64,000 bases of DNA from NCBI RefSeq assembly GCF_009834535.1, contig NC_045698.1, positions 6,326,001 through 6,390,000 on the forward strand. The letters are read 5' to 3'. The translations under genes were made by a program, and so were the position numbers. This document shows positions 1 to 12,727 of the stretch, one piece after another. Numbering within the stretch: the stretch's first letter is position 1; each line of letters starts with the position of its first letter. Source of the DNA: Camelus ferus (Eukaryota). Below the pieces are notes generated by a model. It made no database searches, was not told where the DNA came from, and saw only the letters and a list, made by a program, of their open reading frames with translations.

Positions 1-503
1 TTGGCATTCACTCTGCAGTGCCAGCACCAGGGGCAGGCGAATGAAGTGAGAGCCCAGCAGCCTTCAGTGCTCAATCACTCTGACAGATAGCACAGGAAGA
101 ACAACAACAGGCCTATGCACAGTGGAATTTTATTTGAGAATCTAAAGTGTTAAAAGAAATACGACCTGCTCAGGCAGAAGAAAAACAAAACCATAAGTTG
201 TCTTTTATTCTCTCTGAACTGGCACCAAGTGTGCTCTGCCAATGACCCCATAAAGTTTCCCAGTCCTCGGTATCTCAGGTTTATCTGAGTTTTATACCTT
301 AGTGTGGGCTCAGTGACAACCTTATCCCATTTTCCCAAACCAAATATAGCGCCCAGAGTTAAGAAGGCTGCAGTTTTTGCCCCAGCTCAGAAATGAGAAC
401 TGGAAAACTCCTGGGGTGGTTTATCCCATATGCGAACATTGATTTCAAGCTGCCTTTAGGACACTCTGAATTTCCAGGGTCTCCTCCAGACATTCTCATT
501 AAC

Positions 504-731
504 CAGAGAGACCTGTGTGATTCACAGCATCTAGTGCATGCAGAGCATCTGGTGCCTGGATGTGTCATGTTTACAGAGCATTTCACATTTGCAGAACACC
601 CAGCGTCTGTCCAGAATCTAGTGTTTGCAGAGCACCCAGCGTGTAGAGCATCCAGTATTTGTAAAATACCTAATATTTGCGGTGTATCAAGTGCATGCAG
701 AGGACCCACTGTGTGCAGAGCACTCAGTGTG
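504..731. repeat. Degenerate 18-bp minisatellite, about 12-13 units
   Basis: Units include cacagcatctagtgcatg (523), cagagcatctggtgcctg (541), cagagcatttcacatttg (574), cagaacacccagcgtctg (592), tagagcatccagtatttg (644) and cagaggacccactgtgtg (698). Confidence 0.85.
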
Positions 732-769
732 GGATGACACTGGACTCCCAGCTCTAGGTCCCTACTCAC

Positions 770-917
770 CACATTGCAGCCCGCACAGTCAGGCCCGTTC
801 TCGCAGGTTCTGCGGCGAGCTTGAATGCCGCCCCCACACTGGGCTGTGCACCGTTCCCAGGGACCCCAGCCTGTCCAGAACATGTGTGGGGGGCACAGCA
901 GATGCTCATTGCAGTAT
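770..917 (-). CDS. SEMA5A: SEMA5A internal coding exon, 148 nt (thrombospondin type-1 repeat 3)
   Basis: ttacag|A TAC TGC AAT GAG...TGC AAT GTG|gtgagt. Translation (R)YCNEHLLCPPHMFWTGWGPWERCTAQCGGGIQARRRTCENGPDCAGCNV. Phase 2 to 0. Confidence 0.97.
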
Positions 918-2635
918 CTGTAATGGGGAAACCAAGAGGAAGAAGCATGGTGAGGCCACAGACCCTGCCACTCTCCGTCCCTGCACCAGATGTTGAACAC
1001 ATGGGCATGCTCCGCGTGGAGGGGTGCTTTGTATTCCGAGTGGTTGCAGGGAAAGAGGCAGATGTGGTGCTGGCCATGCCGCGTGTGCACAGACAATGGG
1101 ATGCGCGGGAGACAGTGAAGAAAATGCGGAACTCACAATGCAGGATGGATCTTCCTGTGCAGCCAATTAAAGGAGAAACAAACAAAACAAAACCCTTCAA
1201 ATAGACACCCAAAAAATGAGAACACAGAGAAAAATATCTAGGCAGGGCATTTATCTTCGCAACACAAACACTGAAAGATAAAGTAGTTATGAACACAAAG
1301 TCAGCAAATTGTATTTGGAATTCATTTCTCATCCTCAAATCAAATAAAGCCCACAATCCTATTAATATAAATTAAAAAAAAGTGAAAGTGTAATTTTAGC
1401 ACAAAGCATCATGTCATCTACTGCCTAGGTTGTTGTATTTTTAAATTTATCTGTAGACTCTTAGAATGATGTCCAACAACTTTAATCTAAATGACCACCA
1501 GTTACTCACTTATTCAAAAAGAGTTGAATTACTATTTACATCTACTACATTTTTTTTCAGTGATTGACTATATCTCTACAAGTGCATTCATATTGCCAAT
1601 TTTTAGCCAAATCTACAAGATCTTCCTTAGCTTTAAATAGATCAAATTTCTCCTCAGTCTTTAACACGACAAGTGAAATAAAGTAAAGTAAGGGAAACAA
1701 ACAAACCAAAAAAGAAAAACAAAAAATCAGAAAGAAGCAGCCTGGCCTTGAACAAGTTACAGCTCATAGGGAAGATGTTATTCTGAATGTAGCCAAACTC
1801 AGAGAGACACATTTGACAACTTGCAGGACTATTTAACTTCGACAGTGCCCCTCCCAAGCACACATTTAGCTTCCAGAGAACACAAGGATGTAAGGCTTTT
1901 TCTGTCTCCTTCCTCCACCCCAGGCCATCTGCCTTCAGAAACAAGAGACAGAGGTTCCTATCCGCTAGCTGTGTCAGTCACCTTCAATGTCGTCATTATT
2001 AATAAGCACTTATCCTGCAGGGCCCTATTTATGCAAAGGGCATCACAAAGAGTGCCTCCCTCTCACAGGTGAGTACAACCTGAGGTAAATACAAGGAGAT
2101 GGACACAGGCCCAGGACGTGCAGGACAGAAGACGCTATCTTAGGGGTAAGCGGCAGCTGGCTTCCAGGAAGTGGGAAGCGTAATTTGGGGAGTGTAGGTT
2201 CCTGACAGCACAGGCTGAGTCAACTGTTTCCCAACAAGCCAGGGACATTTAACGCAGAATATGTTGGCTTCAGGAACAGGTAGAGCAACGAAAAGCAAAA
2301 AGCCAGTCCGAGCCGAAGGGAGTCAGCTGGCATTCTGGGAAAGGATGGAAGGTGGGAATGGGAAGAGTGACGGAGAAAGACGGCTGAGAAGTGAGCAGGA
2401 AAAGGCGGCGAGGGGAATGACCTGTCCTCATACAAATGGGGTGCGAGAACTTGAGCTTCATTCACACGGAACTGAGGAAATGCCTGAAAGCTCCAGAGAC
2501 AAGACAGCATCATCAGAGCCAGAGAGCGGAGGCTGGGCTTCAGGAGCTGGTGTCTCGCCCGAGCTGGTGCCGGAGCACATGCTGAGTGTGGGTTCTGAGG
2601 CCCCAGAGGCAGGTGCGGGCACCGGCAGGAGGAGC

Positions 2636-3267
2636 TGACGGAGCAAATGCCAGCCAGGAGGGTGTGCACACAACAACCCAAGGGAGAGACATCACACGTT
2701 AGACAAACAGGATTGTAAGCAGCTCTTTGCAGGAAACCTCTTTCTCCTGTCACCTTAGCAAAGCTATGCTGAAACTAACTTTTAAACCAGGCGCCCCCAT
2801 GCCCCACTCAGCTCCGGCCTAAGCACACCTTTCAAATCTTTTGATCACACAATATCTTGCCTAACCTGTTGGTTCTTCCCGTAGATCAAAGAAGCAGCAA
2901 CGGAGAATAATTAACAGGTGACCAGGTCTCTTCCCTGGCCTCCCCTTCAGTAACCTTGTGAACAAACTGTGTGACCAAGTTGGCATCTAGAGGAAGGTCA
3001 GGAGACGTCGACAAGCCTGTGTGTGGTGGGGGTGACGAGGACGCGGACCTCCTACCTCAAGGGTTAACTGACATTATTTCCCCTTTTCCCTTTGAAAACT
3101 TTCATGGCCAAGCAGAATCCTTGGAGTTGGTTTTTGGGGACACTGAGTCCACCTTCTCTCCAGATTGCTGGCTTTCTGATAAAAAGCAATGTTTTCCATT
3201 TCTACTAACGCTTGCCTCGCGGGTACTGGTTTTTGAGCAGCGAGCAGCTGGATCTGAGTTTGTTACA
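2636..3267 (+). mobile_element. Solo ERV1-class LTR (MER34/MER39-like)
   Basis: The 3' end ...gagcagcgagcagctggatctgagtttgttaca resembles MER34/MER39-group termini, with a degenerate polyA signal (gataaaaagc, ~3178). The 5' boundary (TGACGGAG) is approximate and I found no clear TSD. Confidence 0.65.
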
Positions 3268-3815
3268 GCATGGAGGTGGTCAGAGGAGACGAAGGGACAC
3301 CCACGGGGTCTGTGTGCATGTACAGAAGAGCAACTAAATAAGGATCCCAGGTCAGCCTCTCCACTGACAGCGGGAGGCGTGCTGACTTCTAGGCAGGGAG
3401 AGTGGGTGTTTCACAGCAGAAGCCTCCAGAGAGCCAAGAACCGATCAGGAAAAGGGTTTCATCTCTACATCTTCACAGGAAAGAGCAGCCAGTGAAACTG
3501 AACAGTTACCACCCTTCTTCGTATGTTCCACTTTTAAGACAGATAGTCTTCCAGGGCCCGGACTCTCGGAGCTCAGGACGCTGGACATGATTACACATGG
3601 GGGGAAATGGAAGGAGGCTTCTAATCAAGAGAGTGTAACCTCTAGACAGAAGGGCCAGACGGCATTGAGGACATGACAGAGTAAAAGCATTCGGCTTTAG
3701 GAAGCCTGTGCACCTGCAGAGGGCTGTAATCAAGCCAGAGGTCCTGACTCTCGTGGTTATTAGCGTACGTGTCAGTGTGCGGGGTGTGCTACCGGGACGC
3801 GGCCGGGCGTTTGTT

Positions 3816-4046
3816 CTTTCATTCTTATTTTTTATGGAAGTGTGGTCGATTTACAGTATCAGTTTCAGGTGTTCAGCAAAACGGTTCATTTATACTTACA
3901 CATATATGTATATATATATTTTTTCAGCTTCTTTTCAATTACGTCTCATTGCAAGAAACTGAATACAGTTCCCTGTGCTGTACAATAGGCCCTTGTTGTT
4001 CACCTATTTCACATACAGTAAAGCGTATCTGTTAATCCCAAACTGC
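3816..4046 (-). mobile_element. 5'-truncated L1 3' end (artiodactyl type)
   Basis: T-rich tail followed by gaagtgtggtcgatttacagt...ttccctgtgctgtacaataggcccttgttg. Candidate TSD cgtttgtt at 3808-3815 and 4047-4054. Confidence 0.8.
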
Positions 4047-4585
4047 CGTTTGTTTTGAGAACGCGTTTGGAAGAGGATAAGTCAAGAAAACTCGGAACTT
4101 CAGAACTCTCAGCATTTAATTCAAAATGTCCACGTGGAGCTTCTCTCACTGTGGACTGAAGGCCCCCTCGTGCTTCCAAGATGATTTTGCCGACATTTAA
4201 AGGGTCTGGACTTCCTCGACTCCTTGACACTAATTTCAGCTTTCAAAAACAAAACCCAGCCAACCATAAGAGCAGGGAGGGCAAAGGAAAATCTTCCTAA
4301 AAGTGCTTATAAAACCTTTGACTTTTAATAAACAGCACAGCATCTGAGTTACCACTTCCCTGCAGCACAGTGAATCACAGCGCCTGAGGACCAGCTCAGC
4401 GTGGCCTGCGCAGCCCCCCGAACCCGCTCGGCATGTACCCGCTTAACGTCTCCTGCAGGGGAACCGGAAACTGCGTGCAGCATACACTTTCTCTCCTTTT
4501 TTTTTTTCAGTGTGTAAATCACTTTTTTTCATTATCTGCTGTTTCATTCGAATATTTACATTTTTATGTTATTTCATTTCCCCCC

Positions 4586-5290
4586 TTTTTTATTGAAGTA
4601 TAGTTGACTTACAATGTTTCATTAGTTTCAGATATACAGCAAAGTGATTCCGTTTATATATATATGTGCCTTATATATATATATACACACACATACTTCT
4701 TTTTCAGATTTCTTTCCATTTTAGGTTATTACAAGATATCGAATATAGTTCCCTGTGCTCTACAGTGCGTCTTTGTTGTTTATCTATTTTATATATACAT
4801 ATAGTAGTGTGTATCTGTTAAAATCCAAATTTATCCCTCCCCTTCCCCCTCTGGTAACTGCCATAAGATTGATTTCTATGTCTGTGAGTCTATTTATGTT
4901 TTGTAAATAAGTTCATTTGTATCATTTTTTTTTTAGATTCCAAATATACATGATATCATATGATGTTTGTGTCTGAGTTACTTCACTTAGAATGACCATC
5001 TCCAGGTCCATCCATGCTGCTGCGAATGGTATTATTCCATTCTCTTTAATGGCTGAGTAAACTAAACATTTTGAAATTTTACTGGCTTTCCTGCATTCTT
5101 AAAGCTCTGAAAGTCACGGATGCGTTAAAAATTCCATTGTAGATACACCACAGCTTCTTTATCCAGTCCTCTGTCAGCGGACATTTAGGTGGCTTCCATG
5201 TCTTGGCTATTGTAAATAGTGCTGCTATGAACACTGGGGAGAATTACCTTTTCAAATTTCGTCTTCCGGATATATGCCCAAGAGTGGGAC
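4586..5290 (-). mobile_element. 5'-truncated L1 (3' UTR plus ORF2 end), interrupted by a 76-bp non-L1 insertion
   Basis: ttttattgaagtatagttgacttacaatg...ccatgtcttggctattgtaaatagtgctgctatgaac...atatgcccaagagtggga. Closely parallels the L1 copies at 53701 and 62921. Confidence 0.9.
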
Positions 5291-6511
5291 AAATTTCAAC
5301 CAGTCTTAATAAATTATGTACTTGGCTGTGTTTTTAAGCATGTCAACAACGGGCCTTCCTGCTTCCCTGTCGCCTTCTACAGCAGTCCTGTGAAATCACA
5401 CGCCAGAATATATGACCAGGTGACCCTCTGCAAGGGGGGTCAGAGGGAAATAGAAATTGCCAGGTTAGTCTGGCCCTTTATGTCTGGGTTTCACTCGCAA
5501 CTCACCCTGGGAGAGTGTGCTCAGGGGCTAAGCCCTCACTGGCTCCTAACTGCGGACGCTCTGCAATTTCAAGGCAGTACTGTCTGTCTGAGCCCCTTAC
5601 TCCCTCCCCGACTAGCACAAGCTTCCGAGAGCAGTACCACTTGTTAAGCTCGCAATTGGGCCGCGGTGTCTTTTTTGGTCACAAACAATGGGAGTTGTAA
5701 GTTAGTAACCTTGGCAACTCTGCTTGTGGAAGGATTTTTATTAATTTATGGATAAAATAGCCACACAATAGACCAGCCACTGGTTCCTCATTCTCTAGTC
5801 CTTTTCACACACCTGATTTTTCCCAAATTCTAAACTAAACATTTTTGAAATTTTATTGGCTCTCCTGCATCACTAGTATCTTAAAGCCCTGGAAGTCACA
5901 GATGCACTTCATGATGCATTAAAAATTAAGATTTTAATTTTGCCCATGACTGCTCATTCTCATTTTGCATTTAAAAGTGAATTAATAACCCAAGAACTAT
6001 TTCTCCATAAATTATCCATTTTTCCACAAACCTAGTCTCCTTGAAGAGAACTGTCGTACACGGCTCTTCATAGACTAGATCCTCAATACCATTACCATGC
6101 TCCTTGCCCTAGTTCCTGATGCTACGAATTGTGTTCGGTTCTGGTTCAGTCCATGCTGGTGCCTCACTGCAACCTCTGTCAGCCTGAACCAACCAGAGCC
6201 CTGCTAGAACTAGTTTCTTCTTGGTTTGCTCTAAGTGATTGTTCCTTTGCTGGGCCATACTGGAATAATGGAAACTTTTGTGGCACAGGAGAAACTGTGC
6301 ATGTGTTGAGTCTTCCCTAAGATTATTTTTTATCCCAAGAAAAAGCTAGAGAAACCATTAAGGAAGAGTAATGATAATGAGCTGCAAAGGGCATCACTTT
6401 GGCTCATCACAGGATTAAGCAAACTAGCACATGAAGACAAAGAAAAATCATATAGCAAACCCCTATAGGTTCCTGGGTCTCTTAACTTTGATAGAACGTG
6501 GGAAGGACGTT

Positions 6512-7030
6512 TGTGTGGTCTCCGTGATCCTCACTTCATGGAGTTCATACCTTGTGTAATCCCCTCCCACCTTGGTGTGGGTGGGACCTGAGATTTGCTT
6601 CTAACCAATAGGATATGGTAAAGATGACAGGCTGTCACTTCCATGATTATGTTACATAACATTGTAATGTCCTTCTTTCAAGAAACTCCCTCCCTTTCTG
6701 GCTCTGAGGAAGTGATCAGTTCAATGGGAAAGATCCAGATAGCAAAGAATTGAGGGCAGCTTCCCGTTAACAACTTCAGTCCAACAGCACAGAAGGAACT
6801 GAATGTGGCTGACAACCACAGGATTTAGGAAGCTGACCCCTCTCCAATCGAGCCTCAGATGAGACCATGACCATGGTCTGCACCTTGGTGCAGCCTTGGG
6901 AGATCCTGAAGCAAAGGACCCGGGTAACCTGTGTCCAGACTATGCACTCACAGAAACTACGAGCCAATAAACATGTGGTGCTTTAAGCACCTGAGTTTGG
7001 GGTAATATTATTACGAATGACAACTAAAAC
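6512..7030 (+). mobile_element. MaLR 5' LTR (MLT1F/E-like)
   Basis: Diagnostic MLT1 motifs gcttctaaccaatag, gagcctcagatgagacc, cagccttgggagatcctgaagca and aataaacatgtggtgctttaagc...actaaaaca. Confidence 0.85.
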
Positions 7031-9099
7031 AGATCTCGGTACCTAGACGTGTGGCACTACTGTAAGAAATAGCTAAGAATCTGAAAGAGACCTTGGGACT
7101 AGAGAATGAGTAGAAATCAGCAGAATTTTGAGGAGCATGGTAGAGAAAACCTAAATCACCTTGAACAGACTGTTAGTATAAATGCAGACTTTGAGGATGC
7201 TGCCACCGAGGGTTTAGAAGGAGATAGAATTAAAGAACTTAAACTCAACAAGAAAGCCAACCCTATTAGAAAATGGGCAAAGGCTTAGGCATTTTCAAAA
7301 AAGATATACAGATGGCCAATAAGCATATAAGAAGATGCTCAACATTTTTCCTCCTTAGAGAAATGTAAATCAAAACCACAGTGAGACAGAACTTTATATA
7401 TACTAGGATGGTTCTAATTAAAAAGAAAAAGAAAAATAACAAGTGTTGGAAAGGCTGCAGGGAAACCAGAACCCTTGTACATTGCTGGTAGGGTTGTAAA
7501 TGGTGAAGCCACTGTAGAAAAACAGTTTGATGGTGGCTCTAGATGCCAACCGTAGAATTAATATATGACTTAGCAATTCTCTACATATATACAAAAGAAT
7601 TGAAACAAGGACTTGAAGAGATAATTGCATGCCAATGTTCACTGCAGCACCATTCATAGTAGCCAAAAGGTGGAAATAACCTAAATGTCAACTGACAGGT
7701 ACATGGATAAACACAGCATGATACAGCCATGCAGAATACTATTCAGCCTTAAAAAGGAATGAAGTTCTGACACATGCTACAGCATGAATGAACAATATGC
7801 TCCACAATATGGCAAACATTGTATGATTCTACTTATATGAAATCTCTTGAATAGTACAATTTATATATTAGAGGTTGCCAGGGGCTGGAAGGAAGAAATA
7901 AAAAGGGTTATTGCTTAATGCTTACAGAGTTTCTGTTTGGGGTGATGCAAATGTTTTGGAAATAGTGTTACGGCTGCACAATACGGCAAATGCAATTAAT
8001 ATCACTGAATTAAACACCGAAAAGTGGTTAAATGGCAAATCTTATGTAATCTATATGTCTAACAGAATACAAAATTAAAAGGAAATAGGAGCATATTATT
8101 AGAAACTGGAAGAGGGGAGAACCTTATTACATACTGAGGAAAGCTTCCAAAATTGTCACTGCAATTATATAGAAAGCAAAACATGTAAGTGTGAAGTGAG
8201 TTACACAGCAAAAGAAGTTTCCAAGCAAACTGTTAGAGGTGCTGCCTACAGTAAAATGTGGAAGGAAAAAATCTGAAGGAAGATATATCAATCAGAAGGA
8301 AATAGGCCTGGATGGTTTTGGAAATTCTTGGCCTCTCCCGATGGCAAAAGATGCTGAAATAAAGAAACAGCTTCTGAGTACTGTGGGCAAGGCCGACATA
8401 GAGTAAAACGCTGAGGATGTGGCTGTACAACCTTTTGTTAAAACCCCAGAAAGATCAAAAGATCAGACTAGCATTCAGTCCCACAAGGACTCCTTTCAAA
8501 AGGTCAAGAGTAAGAGTCATAAACCCTCTCAATCACAAGCAAGCTGGAGGGTGTTTTTCCTCAGCCATCTCAGCAGGATCCCCAGGTAGAGAAGGGCTTT
8601 CTCAAAAAGGTCTGTGGGTACAGATTTGTTCAGTGGAGTAAACCCCAAGAAAATTCAGGGAAGACTAATAGAGTTTATTTCAGCAAAAATACCACAAGCT
8701 TACGCTGAAATCTATGGAGAAATTACAAATGAAATGAGGCTGTTGGAAATCCCAAATTCTACTGGCAGGAAGCAGGCTGATAAAACTGCCCAGCTGCAAG
8801 CACCTGCCACCTTTCATGAAAAAGGAAGGATGATTCAGGAAGCAGAAGTGAGAGCCCAGAAGGCAGAGCTAAGAACTGTGGAGAGCTCTGCCCAAGCCTT
8901 GAAAGTTAACCAGGCAACTCAAACACCTGTCTGAAGAGATTTCAGACTTTCTATAGAACAGTGATTCCTCTGTACTTTTCAATTTCCCCCTTTTTGAACA
9001 GAACATCTATCGCTGCTGCCCTTTCCCCATCCCGTATGTGTAAGCTGGGTGTGTTCGTGGCAGGTAACATGTCTCTCATTTTAAAGATGGACCGAAAGA
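7031..9099 (+). mobile_element. MLT1 internal region, interrupted by an L1 at 7228-8078
   Basis: Starts gatctcggtacc directly after the LTR, like MaLR-int starts. MaLR-int-like sequence resumes after the L1 (catattattagaaactggaagaggggagaacc). Confidence 0.75.
7228..8078 (+). mobile_element. Old L1 3' fragment (L1MB-like) nested in the MLT1 internal region
   Basis: ORF2-end and 3' UTR motifs aaaatgggcaaagg, tacattgctggtaggg and tactattcagccttaaaaaggaatgaa. Candidate TSD aaggagatag (7218-7227) / aaggaaatag (8079-8088). Confidence 0.85.
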
Positions 9100-10168
9100 A
9101 CTGGCACAAAACCAGACACACAGACCAATGGAACACGATAGAAAGTCCAGGATAAACCCATGCACTTATGGTCAGTTAATCTATGACAAAGGAGGCAAGA
9201 ATATACAATGTAGAAAAGACAGTCTCTTCAATAAGTCGTGCTGGGAAAACTGGACAGTTACCTGTTAAAAAGAATGAAATTAGAACATTGTCTAACACCA
9301 CATACAAAAATAAACTCAAAATGGATTAAAGACCTAAGTGTAAGCCTGGATACTATAAAGCTCCTAGAGAAAAACAGGCAGAAAACTCTTTGACATAAAT
9401 TGCAGCAATATTTTTTTTGAACCAGCTCCTAGAGTAAGTAATAAAAGCAAAAATAAACAAATGGGACTTGATTAAACCTTAAAAGCTTTTGCAAAACTAA
9501 GAATACCATCAACAAAACAAAAAGACAACCTACAAAATGGGAGAAAATATTTGCAAATGATGCAACTGACAAGGGACTAATTTCCAAAATATACAAACAG
9601 CTTATCCAGCTGAATATCAAAAAAACAAATAACAACAACAACAACAAAAAACCAAGCAACCCAATCGAAAAATGGGCAGAAGACCTAAATAGACATCTCT
9701 CCAAAGAACATATCCAGATGGCCAACAGGCACATGAAAAGATGCTCAACATTGCTAACTGTTAGAGAAATGCAAATCAAAACTACAATGAGGTGTCACCT
9801 CACACCTGTCAGAATGGCCATCATTAAGAAGTTCACAAATAATAAATGCTGGAGAAGGTGTGGAGAAAAAGGAATCCTCCTACACTGTTGGTGGGAATGT
9901 AAAAAGGTACAACCACTGTGGAGGACAATATGGAGGTTCCTTAAAAAACTAAAAATAAACCGAGCATGTGATCCAGCAACCCCACTCCTAGGCATATATC
10001 TAGAGAAAAATGTAATTCGAAAAGACAAATGCACCCCAACATTCAGAGAAGCACAATTTACAATAGCCAGGACATGGAAACAACTTAAATGTTCATTGAC
10101 AGATGACTGGATAAAGATGCTGTTGTATACATACATATTGGAATACTATTCAGCCATTAAAAAGAAGA
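9100..10168 (+). mobile_element. L1 ORF2 C-terminal fragment, degenerate, with no 3' UTR
   Basis: ORF 9718-10176 gives L1 ORF2 C-terminal peptide including the Cys-rich [18 protein letters not shown] motif. Upstream frameshifts show it is non-functional. Confidence 0.92.
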
Positions 10169-10381
10169 ACAACTGAGTGCTGATAACAACCACACAATCT
10201 TGGAAGTCAATCCGTGCCCAGTTGAGGCTCAGATGAGACCACAGCTCTGGCTAAGCAGAGAACCCAGGTGAGTCATACAGGGCCTCCCGGTCCACTGAGA
10301 CTGTGAGAGGATACATAAGTGTTGTTTTAAGCCACTCCGTTTGTGGAACTATTGTTACACAGCAGGAGAAAATGAATATAG
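10169..10381 (+). mobile_element. MaLR 3' LTR, 3' part only
   Basis: Homologous to 6795-7030 (acaaccac...ggaag...gaggctcagatgagacc...gttgttttaagccact...ttgttacacagcag...aatata). Confidence 0.8.
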
Positions 10382-12727
10382 ACAATGACATTTGCATTTT
10401 GATAATATTTACAGAGGGGTCCATTGCTTCAACTTTATTGGTGGCTTCTTTGGGAATCAGTGCTTCTATTTAGTTTCTGTTACTCAAGAAAATAATTTTC
10501 CAGGAAATTTTACAACAGAAAAACAAAATGCCCATACCTTTGTAAGTACACATAGACAATAAGTTAGATATTTTCTTTATCCATTATTTAGAAAAAAATA
10601 ATGTGAATATTTCTGAGATTTGTTTCAATAGAGCTTTCATTGAGTTATTTCATAAATTGGAGATTTTGTCCCAAATGAAAAGTCATTAACTATAATCCTA
10701 GCGTTAACTTAGGGACTTTTTCGGGAGAGTCAGTTTATTCATTTGCGGCCACTCGGGAGTTCCTCAGGGTTGCTGATGTTTAATAAGCCCGATGGGATTT
10801 TACTAGTGATTATGTGTGTCTAATCCTTGGTCTTTTGTACCTGCTCATGGAGACCAGGGTCTCCTTTAATCTTGAGTTTGGTTCCCCAAAATCCCTTTTT
10901 GTCAGAATCAGGATGGTATTCCTTTATGTCACTTAGGTAGAGAGACGTCCTACATCACATGGCAAAGGAACCTAAAAAGTCTTTTGCTTGTAAAGATCAA
11001 GCAAGAGATATCAAGTATTTGTTTTTCCTAGTTTTCATTAACTTCTTGGTAGCCCCCTAGAAACGCTGTTTAGAAGGGAGCCTTCAAGGGGGACACAGTC
11101 CCTGTTCTTAACATCCATGCATCTATTACTTAAGTTCAAATATTTCCTCACTAAGCAATATTCATCTAGCCCAAATGAGTGTTTCTTCTGTTAAAAAAAA
11201 AAAAGAACATTTTAAGTGGGAGTCCCCCAAACACATTCGTCATCCTATTCTTTTTCTGAAAATGAAGCCTTATGAACACTTGTAAATGGACACAGAACAT
11301 GTATCTATGTTAACCACAGAATAAACCAGCTTCTTCCTGTGTGCTCCTGGGAAAGGTGATAACACATGTTAGGCTTTAGGAGGTGTGGTGATTCTAGGGG
11401 CGACTTTGCACTGATGGAGGTGACTTTGCCTGAATGGGCTTTATTATGTGACAACGTATAGCATTTTAAAACTTCCAATCAATTTGAAACCTTACAATGC
11501 CAAAAAATAGCAGGGAGACGACTTTCCCATAATCAGCTTTCCCACTTATCAACTGGTGTCAGATTAGAAATGACAGACGTGCACAAGACTGTCGCCGGGG
11601 ACCACTTTAAAAACAACCAGCCCTGCTTTGTAAAAATCATCCTGCATTTTCCTTTGAATCAAAAGAATGAAATCTTAATTGGTAATTTAAGAACACAGTG
11701 GAGAAAGGAAGAAACAATTCTCTGCAGTTAGTTGCAGGCTATAATAAATAATAAAGAATTATCTATACACTAAGCCTGTTGGTTTTTGTCTATATAAATA
11801 TTAATCATGTAGCAAATAATTGCATACAGCATTTTTATGAGGCCCCCACTGAACCCATTTCACTGGATACAAGCCTTACTACATTTTAATTAAAAGGTAT
11901 TGAAAGTCATTTTGCTTCACGTGGATCAATAAGATAAGTTTATATGAGGACGAAGAGTAAGAGTCCAGAAAGTGATTTGAAATTCACCTACTTGGATTTT
12001 ATCCCAACAACCATATACGGGAATGTACTTTAAATACACAAGAGAAGAACCAATGATCACAACTGTAGATTTTATGAAGCCAAAACCAAATGTCTGCATC
12101 TATGAAAAGCAAGAAATTGTCAAATATGAGACCACGGAAATGTCCGCATGGCGTGCTGAAAGCTTAAAATACACGGACAAGGATCCCCCACCCCGGGTCA
12201 TCCTGCAGCTTCACTGAGGGTTAAAAGACAAGTTAAGAGACAAGTGTGTAGCTGTAAATGTAACCAAAATACTGAGTACACCCTCACTTACGCACCACTT
12301 GCTTAATCTGGCTGTGACGGAAAACTTACCTCATTTGATCAGTACCATCTGGACCAGGACTGGCGCAGGCCCTACTTGGAATTGTAGGTTGGAGGGCGGT
12401 CCAGATGAATAAGCATTCTCCACCAGACTCACTTGCCTTGGGAGGGAACCCACTTGAGGTGCCCACTGTCCCTGGATCTCCAGTCCCTTGGGAACTGCTC
12501 AGCTGAGCAAAGCCTGCGGGCTCCCTGGCGGGCCAGTGATGCTGTCAGCCCCAAGCTTTGGTCAAAATTAAAGGATGTCAGGAAAAGAGGGGGGCCGTTC
12601 AGCTCAACAGAAAGGGATGCCACAGATAAGCTGAGCTGGATCCGAAAGGAAAACCGCCGGGAAACCGACCACGCTGGAATGACAGTGAGCGTGAGGATGG
12701 CGGTGCGGGCACAGAGAGCGGACGTAC

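Noticed and set aside
504..731. CRISPR-like array
   Set aside because: Units are tandem and degenerate with no unique spacers, there are no cas genes, and the context is a mammalian intron.
359..1096. 245-aa minus-strand ORF as a single-exon gene
   Set aside because: Only 770-917 is SEMA5A exon. The rest is intronic read-through extended by the minisatellite.
8614..8934. 106-aa ORF as a domesticated gag-like gene
   Set aside because: Lies within a decayed MaLR internal region, has no recognisable motif, and is short enough to occur by chance.
9718..10176. Functional reverse-transcriptase-related gene
   Set aside because: Only the C-terminal remnant of L1 ORF2, truncated at both ends and frameshifted upstream.
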